A stretch of DNA of 64,000 nt from Chitinophagales bacterium (GCA_020848475.1 JADKZZ010000155.1:4652-68651), one strand, 5' to 3'; counted from the first letter of the stretch, positions 1 to 9,575 are shown. Notes: generated from the letters alone by a model not told the origin. A program made the numbers and translations.

Positions 1-431
1 ATGCGTTTAACTGCCGTAGAAGTAATATGTAGTAAATTATAATTTTTCGTATCTAGTGCTAACAATAAACCCTTAGACAAAAAATAATCACCAACCAACA
101 CAGCAATCTTATTTTTCCATAATGCATTTATAGAAAAAAAACCTCTGCGTTCATAAGCATCATCAACAACATCATCATGCACTAATGTTGCTGTATGCAA
201 CAACTCTACCAATGAGGCACCAACATAAGTTGATTCTGTTACTTCGCCACACATCTTTGCGGCTAAAAAAATAAACATCGGACGCACTTGTTTGCCTTTG
301 CGTTGATAGATATAATAGTTCACTTTATCTAATAACGATACGTGGCTGCGCATGACCTCGCGAAACTTTTGTTCAAAAATTTCAAGTTCCTGCTCAATGG
401 GTGCTTTTAAATTATCGACCGTATTACTCAA
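1..431 (-). CDS. polyprenyl diphosphate synthase (IspB-like trans-prenyltransferase), N-terminal 143 codons only. The rest lies beyond the left window edge.
   Basis: My own reverse-strand translation from TTG (431-429) gives LSNTVDNLKAPIEQELEIFEQKF...LVELLHTATLVHDDVVDDAYERRG...VLVGDYFLSKG. The HDDxxDxxxxRRG first Asp-rich motif is diagnostic of polyprenyl synthetases. It is absent from the ORF track because it runs off the window. Confidence 0.75.
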   Translation of the reverse strand, partial: MSNTVDNLKAPIEQELEIFEQKFREVMRSHVSLLDKVNYYIYQRKGKQVRPMFIFLAAKMCGEVTESTYVGASLVELLHTATLVHDDVVDDAYERRGFFSINALWKNKIAVLVGDYFLSKGLLLALDTKNYNLLHITSTAVKR

Positions 432-494
432 CGATTAATTATTTTTGTCAAAGGTAAAGTTATAATTGCGATTTACAATATACAAAAATTAAAA

Positions 495-1331
495 ATGCAG
501 AAACTAGAATTTATTATAAAGGGTGTAAACGAAAAACCAATAAGCATTGACATTCGTTATATAGAAAATAAACAAAGAAAACCTATTATTATTTTCTCTC
601 ATGGATTTAAAGGGTTTAAAAATTGGGGACATTTTGATATTATTGCAGACTACTTTGCGCAAAATGGTTTTCTATTTGTAAAATATAATTTTTCTCACAA
701 TGGCACTACCGCACAACTACTTTGTGATTTTGTTGACTTAGAAGCTTTTGGTCAAAATAATTTTTCAAAAGAAATAAATGACTTAAGCGGTGTAATTGAT
801 TACATCTATGCCAATGCTAATGACTTTGAAGGAAACAACAATGAAATATATTTGATTGGCCACAGCCGTGGCGGTGGAATTTCAATTTTAAAGACAGCAA
901 ATGAATTACGAATAAAAAAATTGTGCACTTGGGCAAGCATACAAGACATCTCCTATTTTTTCCAAAATATGGATATTGAAAAATGGAAAATTGAAAATGT
1001 AGCATATACTTTCAACTCGCGTACACAACAAAATATGCCATTATATTTTCAACTCTATGAAGATTATCTAAAAAATAAAAACGAATTAGATATAACAAAA
1101 GCCGCAACTTCACTATCAATTCCATGGTTGATTATTCATGGCACAAATGACAATTCTGTTTCTCCAGTAATGGCGAATGCACTACATCAAATTAATCCAA
1201 AAAGCGAGATACTACTCATTGAAGATGCAGACCATACTTTTGGTGGCAAACATCCTTGGCATTCTGAAAACTTACCAATAGCATCGAAAATACTCGTAGA
1301 AAAAACATTATTATTTTTTACAGAAAAATAA
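495..1331 (+). CDS. alpha/beta-fold hydrolase (serine hydrolase, specificity unknown)
   Basis: 278-aa ORF with a nucleophile elbow GHSRGG, a later IHGTNDNSV block and a C-terminal DADHTF (His) typical of the Ser-Asp-His alpha/beta hydrolase fold. Confidence 0.7.
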   Translation: MQKLEFIIKGVNEKPISIDIRYIENKQRKPIIIFSHGFKGFKNWGHFDIIADYFAQNGFLFVKYNFSHNGTTAQLLCDFVDLEAFGQNNFSKEINDLSGVIDYIYANANDFEGNNNEIYLIGHSRGGGISILKTANELRIKKLCTWASIQDISYFFQNMDIEKWKIENVAYTFNSRTQQNMPLYFQLYEDYLKNKNELDITKAATSLSIPWLIIHGTNDNSVSPVMANALHQINPKSEILLIEDADHTFGGKHPWHSENLPIASKILVEKTLLFFTEK

Positions 1332-1333
1332 GT

Positions 1334-2641
1334 TTAATCTTGTTTATTGTCTTTATTTTGATTTTTATTATCGCTTTGATTCGCTGATTTATTCGGACGA
1401 TTTTGCTGATTTCGGTTGGAACGTCCATGTTGTTTATTACTTTGCTGTCTGTTTGCTTGTTGCTCTTGTGTAGGCATTTGCTTTTGAGTAGTATTGTCGC
1501 GTTGTTGTTTAAGTGTATTAGGTTTGTTTTTTGGGTGATGTTTTTTATTTTTTCTGTCTAAGCTTGCCAAAGAAATTTGACCAACCACATCAGCAAATTC
1601 AATGCTTTCTTCTTCAGATTTTTCTTCTACTTCTGCTAAATCTGTTATCTCAGCAGGTTTTTTCCCATTCGCATTCATTTCTAATACCAACTTCACATTT
1701 TCCAAAGTAATTGGATAGAAAACGCCAGAACCTTTGACTGTATAATACATCAAACCTTTTAGAATATCTGTTTTCATTAATTTGGCATCACCACTTTGCA
1801 ATTGCAAATATTCTGCTTTTTCAGGTACAAAGCGCAATGCATCTAAATAGGTATCTAACTCATAATTTAAACAACATTTAAGTCGGCCACATTGTCCACT
1901 TAATTTTGTTTGGTTGATAGATAAATTTTGATAGCGCGCTGCCGTTGTATTGACAGATTTAAAACTCGTCAACCACGTTGAGCAACACAATTCACGACCA
2001 CAAGAGCCGATGCCGCCAACGATTCCTGCCTCTTGGCGAGCACCAATTTGGCGCATTTCTATTTTAACTTTAAACTCTGTAGCGAGTACTTTTATCAATT
2101 CACGGAAATCCACTCTGCCATCAGCAGTATAGTAAAATGTAGCTTTTTTGCCATCAGCTTGATATTGCACATCACCGAGTTTCATATCCAAACCTAAGTT
2201 GCGCGCCAATACACGAGCTTTTAACATCGTTTGTTTTTCTTTGGCTCTCGCCTGCTCCATCAAATCGAGTTCATTGTCTTTGGCTATCCGCATGATAGTC
2301 GGCAGATTTTCTTCTGCATCTTTCACGCGCTTGCGTTTCATTTGCAAACGCACCAATTCACCACTCAGTGTCACCTGCCCTAAGTCATAACCTTGTGCAG
2401 CTTCTACAATAACGTAATCGCCAGTAAACACATCAAAGCGTTTATCATTTCTATAAAAACCTTTGCGTGAGCCATTTTTGAAACTCACCTCATGAACATT
2501 ATATTTTGCATACGGATCAGCATTGATATCGCTCAACCAATCGTGCACTTCTAATTTAGAGCAACCACCAGTGGCGCAATGACCGTTATTTCTACAGCCT
2601 CCTGGCGTTGAGCCTGAGGTACCACAACTATTACAACCCAT
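1334..2641 (-). CDS. PSP1 domain protein (YaaT/RicT-like) with a Cys-rich N-terminus and a Q/N/K-rich C-terminal tail
   Basis: 435-aa ORF. The block KATFYYTADGRVDFRELIKVLATEFKVKIEMRQIGARQEAGIVGGIGSCGRELCCSTWL matches the PSP1 C-terminal domain of YaaT/RicT homologues. The N-terminus is CNSCG...GGCRNNGHCATGGC. Confidence 0.8.
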   Translation of the reverse strand: MGCNSCGTSGSTPGGCRNNGHCATGGCSKLEVHDWLSDINADPYAKYNVHEVSFKNGSRKGFYRNDKRFDVFTGDYVIVEAAQGYDLGQVTLSGELVRLQMKRKRVKDAEENLPTIMRIAKDNELDLMEQARAKEKQTMLKARVLARNLGLDMKLGDVQYQADGKKATFYYTADGRVDFRELIKVLATEFKVKIEMRQIGARQEAGIVGGIGSCGRELCCSTWLTSFKSVNTTAARYQNLSINQTKLSGQCGRLKCCLNYELDTYLDALRFVPEKAEYLQLQSGDAKLMKTDILKGLMYYTVKGSGVFYPITLENVKLVLEMNANGKKPAEITDLAEVEEKSEEESIEFADVVGQISLASLDRKNKKHHPKNKPNTLKQQRDNTTQKQMPTQEQQANRQQSNKQHGRSNRNQQNRPNKSANQSDNKNQNKDNKQD

Positions 2642-2944
2642 TTAATTTATGATTTACGATTTGCCAATTGATTGTAAAAACACAAAAGACAAATCTGCTT
2701 GAATAATACTTTTAACAAAAATAAGCTAAAAATTGGGATTTTTTGGTTCAAATTATACGCATTTGTGGAAGATTGGAAATTTATGCATCACCAAATGACA
2801 TAACTGTAACTAATTCAAACCCGTATTTGGTTATACATAGCTTTATATTACGTGTTGTGCGGTTTGAATTTAATTTACATTTTTTATATTCAACTGATTT
2901 TCAAGTTCAAACTATTTTACTTTTTTTATTAGTCAAAAAATAAA

Positions 2945-4258
2945 TTAATTAGCACCTGTGTAAGTGAGCCAATTGCCGATAATTTTTTGCTTTTTATAGA
3001 GCAATACTTTGCTGAAACAGAGCATGCCATCGCCTTCCCAAGCTTGTGAGAAAACGAAATCATCAACCTGCAAATGATTATCTATTGAACTTGAGAGAAT
3101 GCTTTGATTTGGCAATAAATTGGCATATCCTTTTCCTTCTTTTTCCCAAAATGAATTTTTCTGTATGCCATTTGGTGCTACTATATTTCCTGGCCAGCCG
3201 CCGCCAATCATAAAATAGGAAACTTTTAAATTTGGATTCCACCAATTAATGAATGGCGACAATGCTACTGCGTTTGGCAGTTGTGAAGAAGGAATCTTTT
3301 TTAGAATCGGCGATGCTAAGTATAAAGCCGCACGATGACCATGTGTTGTAAGCTCAGGAAAGGAAGATGGTGCTAAGAAAGCAGAACCAATAGCAATATC
3401 ATTGACAGACATAGTGTCTGTATAATTTTTATAATAAAAATAAGTGCGGCTGCCACCACTGTTTAATATCATTTTGCTCACTTCTGCTTTTGAATAGGAT
3501 TGAAATAAAACATGAACAAATGCATTATATGTTTCTTGTGTTTTGGTAAATGACTTTTTTATTTCGTTTTCTTTATTAATATAAAATGGCACATAAGGCA
3601 CATGACCATCGTAGCCCATAAAGCCACTACATTGGACTATATTTTGATTTGCTTTTATATATTTAACTGCTACAGCCAATTTCTCTGGCGAATCAAAGCC
3701 ACCACGTTGCAAACCAACATTAATTTCTAGTGCAAGATGTATATTGGTATGCTGTTGTTTTGCAAATTCTATATATTCGTGTAATCGCTTTTCAGTATCG
3801 ACTAGGTAATGAATGGTATTCCACTTTTGATGCTTTGCTGCAAGACGTTTTATAGCATCAATTGGCAAAGGTTTTCCGAGCAAAATATCTAAAGAGTCAG
3901 CATCGTATTTTGTCAATACAGCATCGATGAATGGCTCAGAAAATACCATGAGTTTATTTGTTTGCGTATGCAACATCAAATAATCTAACAGTGCAAAAGA
4001 TGGCAATGACTTTGTCACTAAGCGCAGGTGAAATTTATCGCCTAATTGTTGTTGAACAGCCTTAATATTATTATCTAGGCTATCAATATCAATTATGGCA
4101 CAAGAAGCACTTTTATTACTTTGTTGTAATGCAGCATTTAATTGTTGAAAATATGACGTATAAAAAACCTGTTGTTTTGATGGTTTTAAATATGCTAAAA
4201 CAATAAAAACAAGTAGTAGTACCAACAGTATACTTCTCTTAAAATTCATCATTTGCAT
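2945..4258 (-). CDS. fold-type III PLP-dependent enzyme (alanine racemase N-terminal domain, DSD1/D-threonine-aldolase-like) with an N-terminal signal anchor
   Basis: 437-aa ORF. The hydrophobic N-terminus is ILLVLLLVFIVLAYL. LRLVTKSLPS resembles the PLP-lysine strand, and the GGFDSPE and GFMGYDGH blocks resemble alanine-racemase-fold enzymes. This is a recognition-level call only. Confidence 0.5.
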   Translation of the reverse strand: MQMMNFKRSILLVLLLVFIVLAYLKPSKQQVFYTSYFQQLNAALQQSNKSASCAIIDIDSLDNNIKAVQQQLGDKFHLRLVTKSLPSFALLDYLMLHTQTNKLMVFSEPFIDAVLTKYDADSLDILLGKPLPIDAIKRLAAKHQKWNTIHYLVDTEKRLHEYIEFAKQQHTNIHLALEINVGLQRGGFDSPEKLAVAVKYIKANQNIVQCSGFMGYDGHVPYVPFYINKENEIKKSFTKTQETYNAFVHVLFQSYSKAEVSKMILNSGGSRTYFYYKNYTDTMSVNDIAIGSAFLAPSSFPELTTHGHRAALYLASPILKKIPSSQLPNAVALSPFINWWNPNLKVSYFMIGGGWPGNIVAPNGIQKNSFWEKEGKGYANLLPNQSILSSSIDNHLQVDDFVFSQAWEGDGMLCFSKVLLYKKQKIIGNWLTYTGAN

Positions 4259-4263
4259 TCACT

Positions 4264-5382
4264 TTATTTGCCTCTAATAATTTTATAAAGATGTAATGAC
4301 ATATCCATCAACACCATTTTGGAGCTAACATTTCTTTCTATTTCGTAGTGTTTTTTATTAATCAGCTCCAACAATTTAGCGAGCTTTTCATGGTTCATAA
4401 ATTTATTGATACGAAGTGCTAAATTATTTTCTTCATTGGCCAATCGAGGAACATAATTTGGAATATGCATCAGCATCAGCGACTCTCGAAAAATATGTGT
4501 CGTATATTCTAAAAAAGATTTAAGATTTTCTCGACCGAGTTTTGCATTTTCCTCTGTCCATTTTAAAAGCTCGCCAGTTTTTAAATTAATAGAATAATCG
4601 AGCCATTGTGTTAGCAATCGTGTGTTGGCGCCTGTTTCACTATCGATTAGTTTTATCGCTTCGTTAAAATTACCATCAGCTAAATAAGCAATGTGTTGCG
4701 TGTTAGATTGCGGAACACCTTTAGATAATAATGCAGTTGCAATAGCATCGTCATCAATCCTATTTATTTTCAGTATCTGGCAGCGAGAAAGAATGGTAGG
4801 CAAAATTTCTTCTTGATTTTCAGCGATTAGAATAAGCACTGTATTTGCTGGTGGTTCTTCGAGCAATTTTAATAAAATATTGCCTTCTTTTGCAAGCGCT
4901 TCTGCCATCCAGATGATATGAATTTTATAGTTTGCTTCAAAGGCTGTTAAGTTTAATCCTTTTATTATGTTTCTGGCTTCGTCAGAAGTGATATTACCTT
5001 GTTTATTTTCGGCATCAATTGATTGCAACCATTCTAACTCGTTTATATAAGCATTTTTGATAATTTCCTTTCGCCATTCTTGAATATAATCTGTGCTTAA
5101 GCTTGGATGTGGAGATTGTTTTTTCGCAATAATTGGATACGTAAAATGTATATCAGGATGCACGAGTTTTTGTGCTTTCACGCAGGCAGGGCAAGTGCCG
5201 CAACTGTCTTCTGCTTGTTTGTTTTCACAAATAATATATTGTGTGAAGGCTAAGGCTAAGGCCAAGCCACCAGCACCGTGCTGTGATAAAAATAATTGCG
5301 CATGAGGAATAGTACCAGAATGAGCAATATCGAGTAAATGTTGTTTAATTTCTGTCTGTCCGATTACATCTTTAAAAAGCAT
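4264..5382 (-). CDS. holB: DNA polymerase III subunit delta'
   Basis: 372-aa ORF with N-terminal FKDVIGQ...HAQLF, an AAA+ clamp-loader-like core, the Zn module CGTCPACVK, and LLKLLEEPP and SRCQ motifs. Confidence 0.85.
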   Translation of the reverse strand: MLFKDVIGQTEIKQHLLDIAHSGTIPHAQLFLSQHGAGGLALALAFTQYIICENKQAEDSCGTCPACVKAQKLVHPDIHFTYPIIAKKQSPHPSLSTDYIQEWRKEIIKNAYINELEWLQSIDAENKQGNITSDEARNIIKGLNLTAFEANYKIHIIWMAEALAKEGNILLKLLEEPPANTVLILIAENQEEILPTILSRCQILKINRIDDDAIATALLSKGVPQSNTQHIAYLADGNFNEAIKLIDSETGANTRLLTQWLDYSINLKTGELLKWTEENAKLGRENLKSFLEYTTHIFRESLMLMHIPNYVPRLANEENNLALRINKFMNHEKLAKLLELINKKHYEIERNVSSKMVLMDMSLHLYKIIRGK

Positions 5383-5513
5383 GTACGAATATAGCTGTAA
5401 GTCATGAGTGTGCGTAAAAAGTGCGTTGATTTTTATACACAGTTTATTTCAATTTAATTTCCATAAGCATAATTTATTATCGTAATTACTATCCTAAATT
5501 GTAACTTTAGAGC

Positions 5514-5927
5514 ATGAAAAAAATGGCTGTAATTCGAAAGGCAAATTTTAGTGCTGCGCATAAACTTTGGAATGAGAAATGGAGTACAGAAAAGAACAAA
5601 GCAGTTTTCGGGCTTTGTGCCAATGAGAATGTCCATGGACACAATTATAATTTAGAATTAAAAGTAGTCGGAGAAATCGATGCAGAAACAGGCTATGTCA
5701 TTGATTTGAAGATTATAAAAAAAATTATCAAAGAAGAAATTGAAGACCGATTTGATCATAAAAATTTGAATTTAGATACTAAAGAATTTGCACAATTAAA
5801 TCCGACGGCAGAAAATATTGCTATTGTAATATATGACATCATTCGACAACAATTAGATGAAAAATATGCGCTTTATATCAAGCTTTGGGAAACAGAAAAA
5901 AATTGTGTAGAGTATCCATATCCTTAA
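5514..5927 (+). CDS. queD: 6-carboxy-5,6,7,8-tetrahydropterin synthase (QueD / PTPS family)
   Basis: 137-aa ORF with the FSAAHKL and HGHNY motifs and the size typical of QueD/6-pyruvoyl-tetrahydropterin synthase. Confidence 0.85.
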   Translation: MKKMAVIRKANFSAAHKLWNEKWSTEKNKAVFGLCANENVHGHNYNLELKVVGEIDAETGYVIDLKIIKKIIKEEIEDRFDHKNLNLDTKEFAQLNPTAENIAIVIYDIIRQQLDEKYALYIKLWETEKNCVEYPYP

Positions 5928-5930
5928 AAC

Positions 5931-6680
5931 ATGTCGATAAAAACCACAGCCATATATCTGTTGTTAGCCGTAATTGCGGAAATCTTGGGAACTATTGGTG
6001 GCTTTGGTTCTTCCACATTTTTTGTACCATTATCCAATTACTTTTTTGACTTTCAAACCGTTTTAGGCATCACCGCTGTATTTCATGTTTTTAGTAATAT
6101 TTCCAAAATCGCTTTATTTAAAAATGGTTTAAACAAACAGATTATTTTACGCATTGGTGTACCTGCAGTAATATTTGTTATTATTGGTGCGGTGGCAAGT
6201 AAATATATCAACATTGACTATTTACAATTGGCATTAGGTGTTTTCTTATTAATCATCAGTATTGTTTTCTATATCAAAAAAGAAATGCGCATTGAGCCTT
6301 CTAAAAAAAATGGATTTATAGGTGGCAGTATATCTGGCTTTGTAGCAGGATTATTGGGCACTGGCGGTGCCATTCGAGGTGTGACAATGACTGCATTTAA
6401 TGTTGAGAAGTCTGTCTTTGTGGCAACCTCAGCAGCCATTGATTTAGCCGTTGATTTTTCAAGAAGCATAGTATATTTTGTAAATGGCTACATTCATAAG
6501 GACATCATTGTACTTATTCCTTTTTTAGTAATGGTGAGTATTGTTGGTAGTTATATTGGCAAGATAATTTTAGATAAAATTCCTCCAGAAAAATTCAGAG
6601 TACTCGTATTATTCCTCATTTTTTTAGTAGGCATAACGCTCATTTTAAAACATTTTGGCATCGATTATTTTGTTGAATAA
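5931..6680 (+). CDS. TauE/SafE family sulfite/anion exporter-like membrane protein
   Basis: 249-aa polytopic membrane ORF with a two-halves architecture and Gly-rich GGFGSS / GTGGAIRG segments typical of TauE/SafE (DUF81). It starts 4 nt after the queD stop. Confidence 0.7.
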   Translation: MSIKTTAIYLLLAVIAEILGTIGGFGSSTFFVPLSNYFFDFQTVLGITAVFHVFSNISKIALFKNGLNKQIILRIGVPAVIFVIIGAVASKYINIDYLQLALGVFLLIISIVFYIKKEMRIEPSKKNGFIGGSISGFVAGLLGTGGAIRGVTMTAFNVEKSVFVATSAAIDLAVDFSRSIVYFVNGYIHKDIIVLIPFLVMVSIVGSYIGKIILDKIPPEKFRVLVLFLIFLVGITLILKHFGIDYFVE

Positions 6681-6795
6681 ATGTTAATCAAATCTACTTA
6701 GCAAAAGGTGTATTCTTAAAATATCTTAATATTTATACTTAAACGAACTAAACAAAACGCGATAGCGTATATAGTAGTAACCAAACCAATTTAAA

Positions 6796-7011
6796 ATGAA
6801 AAAAGTATTTTTTGTTTGCATGGCAGTAGGCTTATTAGCTACATCATGCGACTGGTTCAAGTCGAAACCAGCAACACCAGAGATTACAGATGTTACTATC
6901 GAAACACCGGACTCTACTGTATCGACTTTACAAGACAGCACGACACAAATAAAAGACAGTAGCGTTGCTGTTGTAGAAAAAAAGGAAGCAAGTAAAGAAG
7001 ACAAAAAATAA
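6796..7011 (+). CDS. small lipoprotein, function unknown
   Basis: 71-aa ORF with signal peptide plus lipobox MKKVFFVCMAVGLLATSC. A strong hairpin terminator follows directly. The competing antisense ORF 6726..7004 has no such features. Confidence 0.5.
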   Translation: MKKVFFVCMAVGLLATSCDWFKSKPATPEITDVTIETPDSTVSTLQDSTTQIKDSSVAVVEKKEASKEDKK

Positions 7012-7026
7012 GCTTCTTTAATGACA

Positions 7027-7068
7027 GCGAGGTCTCGTCTTCGACGAGACCTCGCACTATTTTTTTTA
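7027..7068. terminator. bidirectional intrinsic terminator between the convergent small lipoprotein gene and pgk
   Basis: Perfect 13-bp stem gcgaggtctcgtc / gacgagacctcgc (7027-7039 / 7043-7055) followed by a T-run (7061-7067). Confidence 0.7.
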
Positions 7069-7074
7069 AAAAAA

Positions 7075-8286
7075 TTATAACAAAGCAGCTACGCCTGGCA
7101 ATGTTTTTCCTTCAAAAAATTCTAATAAGGCACCACCGCCTGTGCTGACATAGCTAACCTTCTCTGCCAATTCAAATTTATTGACAGCCGCAACACTATC
7201 GCCACCGCCAACTAAACTAAAGGCACCTTCTGCTGTAGCATGTGCCACCGCAACGGCTATACTTTTTGTTCCATTTTGAAAATTATCCATTTCAAATACG
7301 CCCATCGGTCCGTTCCAAAGTATGGTTTTTGATGTCATAATGGTAGTTTCAAATTCTTGAATAGCCTCATGTGCAATATCTAAACCCATCCATCCTTCAG
7401 GTATTGCAGTGTTTATAGTAATTTGCGTGTTTGCCGCATTATCAAACTTATCAGCAATTACAGAGTCTTTTGGCAATAAAATATTTACACCTTTTTCTTT
7501 TGCTCTTTGTAAAACGTCTAAAGCTAAATCAAGTTTATCAGCTTCTACTAATGAGTTGCCGACTTCTCCGCCTTGTGCTTTAAAGAATGTATATGCCATT
7601 CCACCACCAATAATAATGTTATCTGCAATGTTTAATAAGTTCTCAATAATGAGAATTTTATCAGAAACTTTCGCACCACCTAAAATTGCTGTAAAAGGTT
7701 TAGCAGCGTTATGTAAAACTTTATTGGCATTTGCGACTTCTGCTGCCATCAAGTATCCAAAGCATTTATTTTCTTTTGCAAAATGTTTTGCAACAATTGT
7801 TGTGCTTGCATGTGCGCGATGTGCTGAACCAAATGCATCATTTATATAGACATCTCCATGATAAGCAAGCTGTGCTGCAAAATCTTCATCACCTTTCTCT
7901 TCACCTTTATGAAAACGTGTATTTTCTAACAATAAGATTTGACCATTTTGTAAATTGGCTGAAAGATGTTTACTATTTTCATCAATACAATCTGGCGCAA
8001 ACAATACTGTTTTTGCTAACAAAAAGGACAGCCTATCAACGACATGTTTTAATGAAAATTTTTCTATATCAACAGTGCCGTCGTCTTTCAATTTTTTTAA
8101 TGGCCTGCCCAAATGAGACATCAGCACAACACTTCCGCCATCATTCAATATTTTATTAATAGTTGGCAAGGCAGCTTTGATGCGCGTGTCATCAGTAATA
8201 TTAAATTGTTTATCGAAAGGCACATTAAAATCTACACGTACGAGTGCGCGTTTGTTATTAAAATTAATTGAATCTACAGTTTGCAT
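7075..8286 (-). CDS. pgk: phosphoglycerate kinase
   Basis: 403-aa ORF with RVDFNVP, MSHLGRP, AHRAHAS and STGGGA motifs along its full length. Confidence 0.95.
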   Translation of the reverse strand: MQTVDSINFNNKRALVRVDFNVPFDKQFNITDDTRIKAALPTINKILNDGGSVVLMSHLGRPLKKLKDDGTVDIEKFSLKHVVDRLSFLLAKTVLFAPDCIDENSKHLSANLQNGQILLLENTRFHKGEEKGDEDFAAQLAYHGDVYINDAFGSAHRAHASTTIVAKHFAKENKCFGYLMAAEVANANKVLHNAAKPFTAILGGAKVSDKILIIENLLNIADNIIIGGGMAYTFFKAQGGEVGNSLVEADKLDLALDVLQRAKEKGVNILLPKDSVIADKFDNAANTQITINTAIPEGWMGLDIAHEAIQEFETTIMTSKTILWNGPMGVFEMDNFQNGTKSIAVAVAHATAEGAFSLVGGGDSVAAVNKFELAEKVSYVSTGGGALLEFFEGKTLPGVAALL

Positions 8287-8388
8287 AAGTGTTATAATTT
8301 TTAAGTAATTTTTAGCGTTATTGTTGTAAAATTAAATAATAAACACACAATAAAAATTGAATTTTTAGTTTGAATTTATTTTTAAATA

Positions 8389-9393
8389 TTAAGCAAGAAA
8401 TGCGACTTTTTCCACCAATTCAGCTAAGCGATTAGCATAACCATATTCATTATCATACCAGCCTACAATTTTATACATGTCGCCACTTTTTTGAGTAAGT
8501 GCCGCATCAAAAATACAAGAATTTGGATTATGAATAATATCGCTTGACACAATTGGTTCTTCGGTATATTCTAAAATATTTTTCCATTTTCCATGTGCTG
8601 CTGTTTTAAACACGGCATTGATTTCTTCTATGCTTGGCGCTTGTTCTAAATTGCAATATAATTCTGTCAAAGAACCAACAATAATAGGCACACGCACAGC
8701 GCCACCTTTAATTTTACCTTTAATTTCTGGCATCACCCATTCGAGTGCTTTGTTGGCATTAGAAGAAGTAGGTACTATATTTTGTGCAGCAGCTCTTGCC
8801 CGTCTGAAGTCGCTTCCATGAATGCTATCGTGTAATTTTTGGTCACTAGTATAAGCATGTACCGTGTTCATCACACCTTGTTTAATACCAAAATGCTCAT
8901 GAAGAATTTTCACCATTGGTGCTAAGCAATTTGTCGTGCATGAGGCATTTGACAAAATAGTATCTTCAGGCAACACTGCAGCATCGTTGATGCCTAAAAC
9001 TATTGTTTTTACAGTCTCGTCGGCAGGTGAAGAGATGATTACTTTTTTTGCACCGCTTGTAATATGTTCGTGTAATTTTTCTCGCGTACGATATCGGCCA
9101 GTACACTCGACAACGATATCAATTTCGTGTTTTTTCCAAGGTAAATCTTTTGAGTCAGCTATTGATGTGCTGATAACTTCTTCCCCATCTATAAATAGGT
9201 GATTTTCTTTAGCTTCAATATGTTTATTCCATTTACCTTGAGCTGTATCATGTTTTAATAAATAAACCAAAGCGTCATTTGGCGCAATATCATTGACAAC
9301 TACTAAATCGACATTTTTGCGGTCTAATAATATTTGAAAAACAAGGCGGCCAATTCTGCCGAGGCCATTTATAGCTATTTTAGGTTTACTCAT
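8389..9393 (-). CDS. gap: type I glyceraldehyde-3-phosphate dehydrogenase
   Basis: 334-aa ORF with INGLGRIGR (NAD binding), SNASCTTNCLAP (catalytic Cys) and WYDNEYGY. Confidence 0.95.
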   Translation of the reverse strand: MSKPKIAINGLGRIGRLVFQILLDRKNVDLVVVNDIAPNDALVYLLKHDTAQGKWNKHIEAKENHLFIDGEEVISTSIADSKDLPWKKHEIDIVVECTGRYRTREKLHEHITSGAKKVIISSPADETVKTIVLGINDAAVLPEDTILSNASCTTNCLAPMVKILHEHFGIKQGVMNTVHAYTSDQKLHDSIHGSDFRRARAAAQNIVPTSSNANKALEWVMPEIKGKIKGGAVRVPIIVGSLTELYCNLEQAPSIEEINAVFKTAAHGKWKNILEYTEEPIVSSDIIHNPNSCIFDAALTQKSGDMYKIVGWYDNEYGYANRLAELVEKVAFLA

Positions 9394-9479
9394 ATTGTTT
9401 GTTTGTTGTAAAAGTAGTAGAAAATACGATTATCAAAAAGAAATTATTGTTAAGGAGTTGCAGAAATAAAAAATGTTAG

Positions 9480-9487
9480 TATATTTG
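9480..9487 (+). promoter_or_regulatory. Bacteroidota-type -7 promoter box (TATATTTG) for tRNA-Glu
   Basis: Matches the TAnnTTTG consensus 16 nt upstream of the mature tRNA 5' end. It is followed by GCACTC, as at the other two tRNA genes in this window. Confidence 0.55.
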
Positions 9488-9503
9488 CACTCGCTTTTAG
9501 AAC

Positions 9504-9575
9504 GGCCCGTTCGTCTAGGGGTTAGGACAGGAGATTTTCATTCTTCAAACAGGGGTTCGATTCCCCTACGGGCTA
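9504..9575 (+). tRNA. tRNA-Glu (anticodon UUC)
   Basis: Folded by hand. Acceptor is GGCCCGT/ACGGGCT, D arm GTCT..GGAC, anticodon stem GGAGA/TCTTC with loop TTTTCAT, and T arm AGGGG-TTCGATT-CCCCT. It is 72 nt and CCA is not encoded. Confidence 0.9.

Noticed and set aside
2743-2943. 66-aa ORF in the spacer between the PSP1 gene and the PLP-enzyme gene
   Set aside because: It has a TTG start, an odd composition, no promoter box or terminator, and runs opposite to both neighbours. It is more likely a non-coding promoter region for the PSP1 gene.
6726-7004. 92-aa minus-strand ORF overlapping the small lipoprotein ORF
   Set aside because: The plus-strand alternative has a canonical lipoprotein signal and is followed by a terminator. 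The minus-strand ORF has neither. Only one can be real, and neither is certain.
7409-8159. Two long plus-strand ORFs (146 and 142 aa) inside the pgk region
   Set aside because: They lie antisense to an unmistakable full-length phosphoglycerate kinase. Their translations are low-complexity (Ser/Leu/Ala/Phe/Cys-rich) with no motifs. I take them as mirror-frame artefacts of pgk codon usage.
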